DNA of 64,000 nucleotides from Carcharhinus amblyrhynchos. Lineage: Eukaryota. Position numbers and translations under genes: made by a program. Below, piece by piece: positions 28,121 through 39,922 of this stretch. Location: positions 63,550,001 to 63,614,000 of the forward strand of contig OZ336885.1 of the NCBI GenBank assembly GCA_965287045.1. Direction: 5' to 3'. The notes beneath the pieces were generated by a model. It saw only the letters and a list, made by a program, of their open reading frames with translations, was not told the DNA's origin and ran no database searches. The first letter of the stretch is position 1. Each line of letters starts with the position of its first letter.

Positions 28121-28156
28121 ATTTGTTCTCCAACGCTTCCTTTAATTTACGAATTT
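28121..28156 (-). CDS. micro-exon 15, 36 nt, phase 1-1, (E)IRKLKEALENK
   Basis: ctctattttacag|aaattcgtaaattaaaggaagcgttggagaacaaat|gtaagg; 29/36 nt and 10/12 aa identical to 54534-54569. Confidence 0.9.
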
Positions 28157-30991
28157 CTGTAAAATAGAGATCAATTATTACGAAAAAAAAAATGCCATGT
28201 ACGTTCTCCTGTTCTGCATAACGCATCTGCAGTAATTCATCATTGATACTCTCACAAGTTCCAACATACATCGCCATTGTACAATGTCCAAGTTCTGAGA
28301 CAGCCGTGTTGTTCGCAAATACATGGTGAATTTGGCAGTTCGTTGAAAAAAAACAAAATCAGAGCTACGAAAGAAGTACCAATCGAAGGAAAATACGAAC
28401 AGTCAACTTATTATATCGTTATCTCATTTACTTTTACGACATGGAAGGCGAGGATGGACATCAACGCACTGACAATTGAACAATAGATGGGGAAACGTTT
28501 GTATATGCTCATGAATCAATAGCTGCAACAGTGGCATCGTTTTGAAAAAAAAGAGTCCGGTGAAACAAGTATTTGCATTGCTGGCATCATGCTAGTTACG
28601 TCCGAGCGATTATTCAGATTTTTTCTTTAATTTGTCTTTTTTATGGCAGGGAAGCTTTGCACATAGGTGTTACTTCAAAAAGTTCCAGAGTAAAGCCAAT
28701 CACACCTCATCGTGAAGTAATCACGGAACAATGATTTCAACGGAGTGAACAGGGTACAGACTGGCTCGATCCGGATCAGAGTGCAAGGCAGGAAAATTAA
28801 ATACGGACGACGGGAAATCAGGCAATATTATCACATGGCTGAGTAGATTACTTGATTTTTTTTATTATTTTCGGAAAAACGAGCTATAATAATGAAGCAC
28901 TGGAACTTGAAATGCATAATGCACGACGTAGCACATCATTGGAATAAGGCACCAATTGATTATTAAGAAATATTTTGAAGTTTAATTAATAACGAGTATC
29001 AGCACTGGACATTTCTCGCAATTAGCTTGAGTTGCACTGGAATATGTGCAAATTTAACATTGATGTTAACTGCAGCAAATTAGCATGACAAAAAGATTTC
29101 AGTGCAGAAATAATGTAAATGCGTACATTATTGACATCTTGGATTGTCAAACAAAAGGTTTAGCAAAGCTATTCCTCGCGTGGCAGGTCGGTATCTCGAA
29201 AAGTGTGCAATTAAACAGTGTGACGTGAACAACAGCAACCAGAGTTGATGTTATCTGGAAAGGTTGAAGCACCAGCATCTCACAACTTCCGTCATGGAGG
29301 TACAATCACTTGGATCACTAATTTGTTGACAAGCTTAATTCGGTATTTAGTACTATTCAGATACGGACGCCTTTGGTGGTAGCTATGCACAAAGGAAAGG
29401 GAGATATTTGGTGTGATGCAGTTCTCTCTTATGTTCAGTTGTAAATTAATCATATATGAAATGAAACGAGAGGCATATTAAACCATACTCTGAAACGTGC
29501 TGCTTGCAACATCAGGCAGAAAAAAAAACAAAGATAAAGAATATTATATTGTTTGGGGATTCCACGGATGTGAGCCCTTATTTCTGTGGACGTGGGTGAT
29601 TATCACGGGAATGCATTTCCTCTCGGAAGATTGCTGAAGGACAATTGAGAGGCTTCTTCTTGTGTACAGTGAAATAAAAGGTTGAACTCACAGTGGCTGT
29701 TGTCAATATTGGTAGTAAAGTTTGAATCAAAGATTGATGGAAGTAGTAAAATTATCATGGAACAAAAGGTGGTTACTGCTCATCGAGCCACTCTTGGATT
29801 TCTGATTTTCTGCCTCTTCCTTTTTAACAGAGCCTAGCACATGACTTATTTTGAAATTGCAATGCAGTTGGAGCTTCAATTGTTGGGATGAATAACCTCC
29901 AACAACGACAAATGTGTCCATTCCAGATTCCAAAGTTCATTGGTGTTAATACGTATGGTTGGCCAAATCATCTGTGCATTTTCTGTCAATTATTTTTAAT
30001 CCACACTATTCAGTTCGTGGTATGCAGAGCTGTGACATTCCGGCGATTGACTATTCCATCAATCTCTATTTTTTTTTTGTTCTTCTCTAATGGAAACATT
30101 TACAACTTCTACAATTGTTCTTTTAAAACGTTAGTTCCTTATCCCTGCATTCATGCGGCTGAACCTCCAAGACACTCTCCCACATGGGTACACATCATTT
30201 CAAAAGTATTTCTCCCAGCACCGTGCACAACATTCGAGGGAAGGCAGAACCACTTGCCTTTCCAAGTTTAACATAACCTTCTTGAACTGTCGTTCAATTC
30301 CTCCGTGGCAAGCTACATTATTACAAGTACATTCTTCCAGAAATATTAACATCTTCTGAAATGTTTAGAGTACTAAATCATATAAGCGCCAGATTCCAGG
30401 TATTTACTCAGGTTGTTTAGAGCTTTCCCAATGTGTTTAACAACTTACAAATATCTCTGCCACGTCCCCTGTTCCAAAACCACCGCTAATCAAATTTCGC
30501 TCTTGCAATTCAGTTGCAAATTGATAAATACTATTGGCATTTTACATTATTGTAAGTTTTGTTAAACTCGAGGTGTTGCTCTGAGCATCGTAGTACGATA
30601 ACGTAAAATGTCCACAACCAGAGGGAAATCTGCCATAATGGTTCTGCACATTTGGAAAATAACCATTTGTTATAGCTTTCAACTTCTTTTCTCTAAGCAT
30701 TTTTTTTTTCCTCCTGCAACTGCACAATTCCTCTCTCATTCCAAGATCCTTTTTTTTTGAAACTTGGAATATGGACGGACAAAACAGAACGGACAATGCC
30801 GCCTGCCGGCATATGTTTGGAGCTGAAATACAGATAAACAGTGGTAAAACCGATGGACCAATAGACGAGCAAAGAAATGTGTAAATATGTACAGTAATAT
30901 ATTTCTCGAATTATGTGTTAATACACATGCAGAGAAAAACAGATAAAAAGAAAATCAACACGAAAAAACACTTCCATATGAACAAAATAAA

Positions 30992-31991
30992 ATGGTGTGC
31001 CGATAGTGGCGTTGGACTGGGGTAGGCACAGTGAGAATTCTCACACCACTAGTTAAAGTCCAACATTTTTTTTGGTAGCATGAGCTTTCGTAACGCTGCC
31101 CCTTCGTCAGGTGAATAGAGATGTTTGTTCTCAAATAAGGAATCCTTCGACAGAGGCTCAGTTCCAAGATAATGGCGAATGCCAGTCTTGACAACACTCA
31201 ACTCTTTACAGGTGCAAACAATGCTCGTGGAGAGGTTAAACACACGATAAAGAGATATGAATTGTCTCAAGTCAGGACTGCTCGTAAGATTTTGCAAACC
31301 ACGGCAAAGTCCTCGGGGTTACAGATAGTGTAGCGTGTACCGAAGATACATTTGAGGCCGTCGTCTCTATGCGAAACTTGTCTACCAGTTTCTGTTTGGC
31401 GATTCTATGTTGTGTGTTTTGGAGAACACTTGCCCGAACATCAGAGGCTGATTGTCCTCGACGTTAAAGTATTCACCAGGCAGAAGTGTTCTTCAGGCAG
31501 GAGTACTCCCTTTCTGCCGCAGAACACTTTCACAACCTAGGGCATGCGTCATCTGAGCTTCCGGTAAGCGTGCTGCAAGGCGGTCGTCAAGGTACATGAC
31601 AAAGCAAAATCGCCATGCAGAAACTGATAGCGAGTTTCTGCAGACAGGAAGACGGCCTCAACCGGTATCTTGGGTTCATGTCACACGACTTATAACCCCC
31701 ACGAGTTGCCTCGGATTGAAAAATCTTACTCACTCTCCGGGCTTGAGATAACATAAACATCTTTAAGCTGTGCTTAACCCTCTCTCCACTTGCTTTGTCT
31801 GCAAATGTAAACACTTGTTTCGCTATTAAGAATAGCATCCCAACCATCATCTTGTAATTGAGTATGTGTCAAATATGCCCTCTTTGTGATCTCTACTCGA
31901 CGCTCAACTGATGAAGGGACAGCTCTCCGGATGCTCGTGCTAACAAATTAACCCGTTGGAATTTACACTGGTGTTGTGAGACTTCTTACTG
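30992..31991. mobile_element. Penelope-like retroelement remnant: two 3' ends in inverted (head-to-head) arrangement
   Basis: right arm (+) translates EHFHNLGHASSELPVSVLQGG...KLIASFCRQEDGLNRYLGFMSH (GIY-YIG C-terminus); left arm is a diverged reverse complement (SASDVRASVLQ...QKLVDKFR); both carry the gttggactttaac...gtgagacttcttact-type tail; centre near 31490. Confidence 0.85.
31082..31114 (-). ncRNA. degenerate minimal hammerhead-ribozyme motif of the Penelope tail
   Basis: minus strand CTGACGA-aggggcagcgttac-GAAA-gc-TC; core intact, stem II partly mismatched. Confidence 0.55.
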
Positions 31992-32141
31992 AAAATAAAA
32001 TGGCAAAGGGACGGTCACACAAGAAATTAATTAAACAGAAAAAAAAAATGCATGGATCAAAAGTCAGATAGCATTCACATGCAGCGATTGAACTCATGTC
32101 TCCTTTTCCTGGGTGATTCAGGATAAAACAAATAAATCCCA

Positions 32142-35090
32142 ATCGAATCACAGAATCGCAGAAGTACAGTACAATACAATGCAAACAAAAACCTTTAACG
32201 ATCGAGTCTGCGAAGGTGCACGAATTCCCTGACCTGCCCACGTGATCCCACTTGCCAACACTAGGCCCAAAACCTTGAATATTATGGCGCGCCACTTAAT
32301 CATCCAGATACTTTTGAAATATTGTACACATCACGCCTCCACCCGCCTCCCTGACAATCCATTACAGGCGATCGCCACACTCTGAGACGATAGATTTTAT
32401 TGAAATTCCCTTTAAATCTCCGACCCCACTCATTTAACTCGGGTCCTCTCGAAACGGAGGCTCCAACTAAACGGAACAATTACATTCTATTCACGCTGCT
32501 TTTGCCCCTCAAAATCTTAAACACTTCAATCAGGTCGCCCCTCTATATTCTCTACTCCTACCAAAGAAATATCAAGCCTATCCAAGCTATCAGCATGAGG
32601 GAAAACTTCTGTCCCAGACAACCCTGTGAATCTCTTCTGCACCTTCTCCACTGATTTCATGTCCTTCCTGTTATGTGGCGACCAGAACTGCACAAAATGC
32701 TCTAGCTGCCGCCTCATCAGAGCTCTGTGCAGCTCTACCATGACGTCTCTGTCTTTGTGGCCTGTACTCCAGTTGATGAAGTTGTGAATGTCACATGTAT
32801 TTTACACTACCATGTTAATCTGCCTTCCCGCCTTCAGAGTTCCATGAACAACATGCCAACGTCTATTTGTTCCAGAACTTCCTAGTGCCAGATCTATCAT
32901 AGTATGTTGCCTTGTCAAAATACTCTGTCCAAAGTGCACCGATTCACATCTTACTCCGTCAGTTTCCGTCTGCCACTTATTTGACCATTGGGTCATTTCG
33001 TCTCTGTTTCCGTATACAACAAGACATTCAAACTTATTGCTAACCAACCGGCCAAGCTTTGAGCCATCGGCACACTTACTGACCTAACGCCTCAGACAAC
33101 GGTTTCTGCCGTTTATATAAATGAAAAACCAAAGGAGCCAACTACTGATCCCCGAGGCACGCCACTGGTCACTGTTTAATAAAGCAGCAATCTGCCGCCA
33201 ACCTTTGTCTTCTTACCACAAAGCCAGTTATGAATCCAATTTATCATATCAGCCTGTACCCCCTTTGCATTTTCTTTCGTGGACGGCACAGTGGCGCAGT
33301 GACTGACGCTGTTGCATCGCAGCTCCAGGGACTCAGGATCAATTCCCGGCTTTAGTCGCTATCTGTGTGGAGTTTGCATATTTTCCCCGTCTCTGCGTGG
33401 GTTTCCTCCTTTTGCTCCAGTTTACTCCCACGTACTGAAAAAAAAATATGTTGGCTGATGCACTGTCCAGAACAAGCGCCTGATTGTGTCGGCTAGTTGA
33501 GTTTCACACTAAATAAACGCAGAGTTAATATAAGCCTTTCTTGTGACAAAGACATGCAACTTGCTTTCCTTAGAAAAATTGTCCCATGCGAGGCTTTTTC
33601 AAACGATTTGACGAAATCCATGTAAACTACATCAGCCACACTACCTTCATCCACACAGTCGATTACAAGTTCAAAAAAAAGTTCGCAATTTTTGACAAAA
33701 CCATGCTGACAATCCCTGGACGACACTTTCATTCCGAATGGAGGTAGATACTCCCCTCAGAGCCTTCTCCAGTGGTTTCCCAAACACAGACGCGAGCTTC
33801 GCTGGCTTGTAGTTCCCTGTGTTTTTTTTTTCTTCATTTTATTTAAACAGTGGAACTACATTAAATGTTCTTCCTTTCCTCTCGCATCAGCCTACTCATC
33901 AGAGAGAATTAAAAAAAAAACTGGTTCAGAGCCCTTGCAATTTCTTTACTTTCCACACACATCAGCCTGGGACACAATTAATCCTGACCTGGAGATGTGT
34001 CCACTTTTAAGCCCACCAATACCTCCAGTACGTTGTCACGCCCGATGATAGTTTACTCTAAAGCCTCACATTCCCTCCCCATTCCCATGAGTGAAGACAC
34101 ATGTGAAACATGCCTTTAACACGCGTCGAATGCACTCTGGCTGCACCCACGGATTTCCCCCTGAATCCCCAAAGAGCCCTACTCGTTCCTTGGTTATCCT
34201 CTTCCCATTGAAATACTTGCAAAATACATTAACATTTCCTTTACTTTAACCAGTAAGGAATTTCTCAGATCCACGTTTGCTCTACTAATTGATTTACTAT
34301 GTTATATCCTGCACTTCCATTCACTAATGTCTCCACAGACTTCAATCCCCAATACTTCTGAACAGCCTGTTTTTCACACAATTGTGTCTTGAATGTCACT
34401 AGTCTTCCATGGATCTCTGTATTTGTTCGAACGTCCTATTATCCTAAGGGAATATGTTGGGTTTTTATCTTCCACATTTCATCTTTGTAAAAGTCCACCG
34501 CCCATTCCCCCCCCACACCCTCCCCCCAACCCGTCCCCGCCCACTGTTCTTTGATGTCACCACAAGTAATTCGTTCTTGTTTAACTTGGCCAGATCTGGT
34601 CTAATTTCCTTAAAATCTGCTCTCCCCAAAACATTTTTTTTTATTCTGCAACTTCACAATTTATTTGTCGATAACAAATTCGAATTGAAACATGTTGAGG
34701 TCACTAAAACCAAAATGTCCCCCTTCACCACCACCACCAACAAAGTAACCACCTGCCCATCTTCATTCCCAAGAATTTGATCCAACACAGCTCCGATGTT
34801 TGTTGCATCATCTACCTATTGATCTAATACATTTTTCCGGCATACATTTTACGAAACCTACTCCATCTAAGACCTTAATATGTTCGTTAATCCAGTTAAT
34901 GTTGGGATAGTTGAAATCACCTAATAAAAACGTCATCTTATTATTTTACACCATTCTGCGAATTGCACACATATTTTCTCTGCAATGTCCCGCTGACAAT
35001 CTAGGTTTTTTTTTTATAAACATCTAGCAACGTTGCTGTCCCTTTGTTAATCAAAGGCACTACAACAAGGTTTCACTTATTGTTCCCTCC
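32142..35090 (-). mobile_element. old degenerate CR1 LINE interrupted by a SINE
   Basis: fragments LMRRQLEHFVQFWSPH, QHGFVK, DVVYMDFVKSF; tail aatcacagaatc at about 32146. Confidence 0.85.
33281..33552 (+). mobile_element. V-SINE nested in the old CR1
   Basis: ggacggcacagtggcgcagtg head; gtgtggagtttgca...tctgcgtgggtttcctcc; tail aagcctttcttgtgacaaa. Confidence 0.88.
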
Positions 35091-36724
35091 ACATGACAGG
35101 CCATTTGGGTAGCTAGAAGATCCACGCCACAGTTCTTAAATGTTTATTCGAGTAACAGACGGTTCACGTACAGGCCTAGGAATCTGCGCTTGGACATTTT
35201 ATATTCTCTTTGTTGGGCTATTTGGAGATGCAGAGGGACAGCTTGTCAACTGGTCAAATCATATCAACTATATGAAATGCGCAACAAGGAACAAATAATT
35301 TCACAAAGAAAAGAAGTGACAGCTCGAAAAGAAAATTGAGAAGTTCTATCTTTACGGTCGTGATTAGATCGCGAGAAAATGCCAAGAAGAATACAGAGAT
35401 CTGATACTGAAATAGTATTGGAAAATAGCTAACCAATAGCTGCCATGCAGGGCCCGGTCATCAAATACGGAGGAAATGTTTCTTTTATTATTGGCAAGAT
35501 TGCACAGAAGGGTGGTGATGTTTCAAATGTTCTCATTTGAACACACAACTCACAAAAAAAGAGATACAATGTTTTTTGTTCATGGTATGAATTCAATTCA
35601 TATATGAAAAATTATGCTAATCACGGCTAATTCAAAAACTATGTCGGTACAATCCAGGAATTCGGAGCGAAGGCACCCAAAAAATGTACACTGAAAACCG
35701 ACGCTTTATTATGGCTCTTGATTCAATTCGCACATCGAACCCAGCATATGTAATATGACGACTGTACCACCAAATTTGTATCGATGTGAAAGCACAGAAT
35801 GAGCCTCTAATACTATTTGTTTTGAGTATCTCTTGTTATGAATGTGTGTTGTAAATATTAATGACTAAATGCATCTTAACAAGTATTTGAAGAAGAATAC
35901 TTGTCAAGAATACTGTCAACGACAGGCATGTTTTTGCAAATATGTGTATATTTCCTATGAAAGAAAATGTAAAGTCTCTTTATAAACCATGTCAAGTCTA
36001 CAAAAGTGACATAATGATGCAAAATATTATTGGCATACATGCACAAAGTCCCAAGACATAATAAGGTTAAACATACGTAAATTTGTTCCACAAAAAAAGA
36101 CAATAATCTTGAAAGCTGAAAAAGTAGAATTTCAAGCAATTATAGGCAACACATTGGACAGAACGGGATATTGAATTGCTATCTCCTGCTGAAATTACAA
36201 TGAAAGTCATCCGATTTTAAATAATATTAAATGCATTTTCTTATACGACTGATGAGCCTCTTTTGCGGTGCTGATACGCGTATGAGTGTAATATTCTTTT
36301 GCCCCAAGAAATGCATTTGAAATAAATTGCCAGTGAAGAGAGATAGTGGACTGTTTGTGAGTTTCTTTTGCATCTTTTTGCAGATTTATGGCAAATTATG
36401 CATGACTTTTTTTGGCATTGAAAGTCAATGTAGCTAGTCTTCAGTCAGTTTGAATTGAATGGGTAAATATTGCGAAATCCCATGTATACTGGTAAGACAA
36501 CCTGCCTCGTGATATAAATGAATTTCAAAATCAAACGTTCTGCCCTCCGTTTCATTTTGGAAGACATCTGCACAGTTGAGAAGATCTGACTGTCGCAGTT
36601 TAGCCACTATTTATAGTCCATCTGCAAAATACCCTGCACTTGTGGTTCTGCCGTTTCATGCAGAGAACTGTTGGCAAGCATTGATTTCCCATTTACAAAA
36701 AAAAAACTTCCTGCAACACATACA

Positions 36725-36930
36725 TATCGAGTCTCGGCTTGGGCATCTGTCTGTGTAGTGTTTTCATGTTCTCCCCATGTCTGCATGGGTTTCCTATGGG
36801 TTTTCGGGTTTCCTCCCACAGTTTGAAAAATGTGCTGGTTAGGTGCAATGATCCGAACAGGTGCCGGAGTGTGGCGAATGGAAAATTCGCAGTAACTTAA
36901 TTGAAATTTTAATTTAAGCATTAACATTGA
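36725..36930 (+). mobile_element. 5'-truncated V-SINE fragment
   Basis: ttctccccatgtctgcatgggtttcc...ggtttcctcccacag...gaacaggtgccggagtgtggcga. Confidence 0.82.
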
Positions 36931-36944
36931 TTTTACTTAATATG

Positions 36945-37754
36945 TCGACAGATGTTTTGAAGGGGAATTGACAATAGATACTATGATGAATTTGTGTGAC
37001 GGTAATAAGTTCATACTCATTGTCACGAAAACGAAATGGATAATTATCGGCAGGAAGAGTCGTGGAGGCGTGCCTTTGTCTACATCAGCGGGAATGAAGT
37101 GAAAATGTTTGAGCACTTCAAGAATCTAGGTGTCCAGATGACCAGCCGGCTGCCGTGGACCCTCCACGTGAATGTTACAATCAAGATAGCAAAACATTGC
37201 CTATTTCCTGAGGAGGCGATGATAATTCGATGCAACTGCTGCGGCTCTCACCACTTCTACAAATGCACTTTGGAAAGCATTATTTATGAAACATATCACA
37301 GATTATCATGTCTTCTGCAATGATCAGTATGGCAGACAGCTATAAAGTGTTATGAAATATGTTCGGTTCATCAGGCACGGCAGTCTCCAATCCATTGATT
37401 TTTTTTTATTATTTCCTCCTACCTCAAACAAGTAACTAGTACAATCAAGAACACCACGCACAACGGAAATACTTTCTTCTCCCTTCTTCAATGGAGTAGA
37501 AAATACAAATGTCCGAAATCGCTTACCAACTGACAATAGAACAGCGCCTTAAATGTTGCCATCATAGTTTCCAATTGACCAACCAAATGTTCAGTTGCTA
37601 TTTCTCTGAACCTTAGCTATGGTTGTCGCACTACATTCTGCAGTCTCTCCCTACTTCCTCATGAACGGTATGCTTTGTCTGTAGAACACACAGGAAACAA
37701 TAATAATCATTGTTTTCCAATGAATGGAATGACAATAAAACAAAACAAATCAAA
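36945..37754 (+). mobile_element. degenerate Rex1/Babar-like LINE 3' part
   Basis: VYISGNEVKMFEHFKNLGVQMTSRLPWTLHV...FYKCTLESI resembles the Rex1 RT C-terminus; tail tgacaataaaacaaaacaaatcaaa. Confidence 0.78.
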
Positions 37755-37929
37755 CTGCTGACGGTCAAACCAAACCGCTGTTCTTTGGTGTGAACCGTGT
37801 AATATGTGTTATGGTGCATTTTACTGGCAAATGAGCCTTGGTCACATGCATATTATGGATGATGCACTTTGCTACCATTTCATGTCAATTGTGGAGGGTT
37901 TGTCTGCTAAATGTGTTTAATATAAGGGC

Positions 37930-38440
37930 ATAGAAGTGGAATCACATCGTCTTGTTGCCGTCGTGATTTTTAGATTTTCACGAACATGCACTTCGAGTAG
38001 TGTGATCGGTAGAATGGAGGTCAGCAGATAAACTAATAGCTGCAGAATATCCAGTCTCTGAACTGTTTTGTAGGAACAAGAGTTACCTGCTTGATCCAGC
38101 CAGGACAGGTTTTTCCTCAATGCACACTCAAATGCGTTGAGTGAGCACAGAACAATTGAGGTGACATTATTGAATTTCAAGGAGTGATGGTTAATTTCCT
38201 TCTCGTTGGAGTTGGGACACCATTGACACTAGGGTCGGCTGAATATAGCTTTATGCCTTTCGACCCAAACCTTAATGTTGCCCAGGCTTGGCTTCTGAGC
38301 GGTTCATTATCTGATGAGCCAAGATTTTGTTGAACAGCTCATGACTCCAGAACTGAAAATAAAATTTTAGGAATTTCGTTGATGAAAGAATTGAAAAGAA
38401 AAATCGGCCAAGGACAAGACCATGTAGTACTCTGGAGTGC
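37930..38440 (-). mobile_element. ancient LINE RT remnant (L2/CR1 group)
   Basis: QRLDILQLLVYLLT...VR resembles the QRLGILRRV..LLT motif; remnant of the GVPQGSVLGP region near 38400-38435. Confidence 0.55.
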
Positions 38441-38634
38441 TTGGAATGAAAAGGATGATGTTATCTATCTGAATTAATTTATCGGTGCTAATTATGTAAT
38501 TGAAAGGTTTTAATTTCTCTTTATTCCGTTTTGCAAACATGCTGTTCTGCCATCAGCTATCAAAAGTAGTATCATTTCAATGATGTAGACTCAGGTACAC
38601 CATATCCCTTCTGTTCAATACTTGTATTCATTTT

Positions 38635-39597
38635 AGAACATAAGAACATAAGAAATAGGAGCAGGAGTAGGCCATCTAGCCCTTCGAGCCTGCCCCGCCA
38701 TTCAATAAGATCATGGCTGATCTGTCGTGGCTCAGAACCACATTCCCGCCCTCTCCCCATAACCCTTAATCCCCTCTCTTATCAAAAACCCATCAACCCG
38801 CGTCTTAAAAATATTTAGCGAGGCAGCCTCCACCACTTCAACGGGCAGAGAATTCCAGAGATTCACCACACTTTGAGTGAAGAAGTTCCTCCTCAACTCC
38901 GTTCTAAACCACCCCCCCCCTTTATCTTGAGGCTGTGCCCCCTCGTCCTACTCTCTTTTCTGAGCGGGAAGAGTCTCTCCACCTCTATCCTATCCATCCC
39001 ATTCATCATCTTATACGTCTCAATGAGATCTCCCCTCATTCTTCTAAACTCTAACGAGTACAAGCCTAGTTTATTCAGCCTCTCCTCATAGCTCAACCCC
39101 CTCAACTCCGGCATCAGCCTAGTAAACCTCCTCTGCACTCCCTCCAAGGCCAAAATATCTTTGCGCAGGTGCGGCGCACAAAACTGCACACAGTACTCCA
39201 GCTGCGGCCTCACCAATGCCCTATACAGCTGCAGCAAGACCTCCCTACTTTTATATTCAATCCCCCTCGCTATGAAGGCCAGCATCCCATTCGCCTTCCT
39301 GACCACCTGCTGCACCTGCAAGCTGGGTTTTTGCGACTCATGCACAAGGACCCCGAGGCCCCTCTGCACCGTCGCCTGCTGCAGTTTTTCGCCACGTAAG
39401 TAATAGTAATTCCTACCATTATTCCTACCAAAGTGGACCACCTCACAATTGCCAACATTAAATTCCATTTGCCATTTCCTGGCCCATTCGCCCAGCCTAT
39501 CTAGATCCTTCTGTAGACTCTCCACACCCTCCGCACAATTTGCCGTTCCCCCAATCTTGGTGTCATCAGCGAATTTCGACACCCTACACTCGGTTCG
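38635..39597 (-). mobile_element. young CR1 LINE, 5'-truncated (copy 3)
   Basis: 229-aa open segment starting SKFADDTKIGG; frameshift at the G-run; (TTCTTATG)n tail. Confidence 0.97.
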
Positions 39598-39734
39598 AAT
39601 CCATACTGATCAAAGGGATGCTACTCGAAACAATCAGGCACAGCATCACAGCCACGTCTTCCCATCGCAACCGGACATATTGACAGAAAAAAAAACAATC
39701 TGCTGAATTTACAAATTTTTGGAAATGAATTCCA

Positions 39735-39922
39735 GTTTAGCTTGGTTAATCCACCGGAACTTCAATACTTAGACTGGGCTGAAAACGGAGAACGCAGGGG
39801 GAACCGAAACAGACGCGAGGAGAAAACGCAAAGTACAAATAAGCAGTCATCCAAATCGGGGATTGAGCCTGTGCCCATGGATTTGTCAGCAAACAGTGCA
39901 GACATGGTGCCACCATGTTGTG
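39735..39922 (-). mobile_element. degenerate V-SINE 5' half
   Basis: reverse-complement head and V domain (cagacgcgaggagaaaacgcaaa...gtgccaccatg). Confidence 0.7.
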
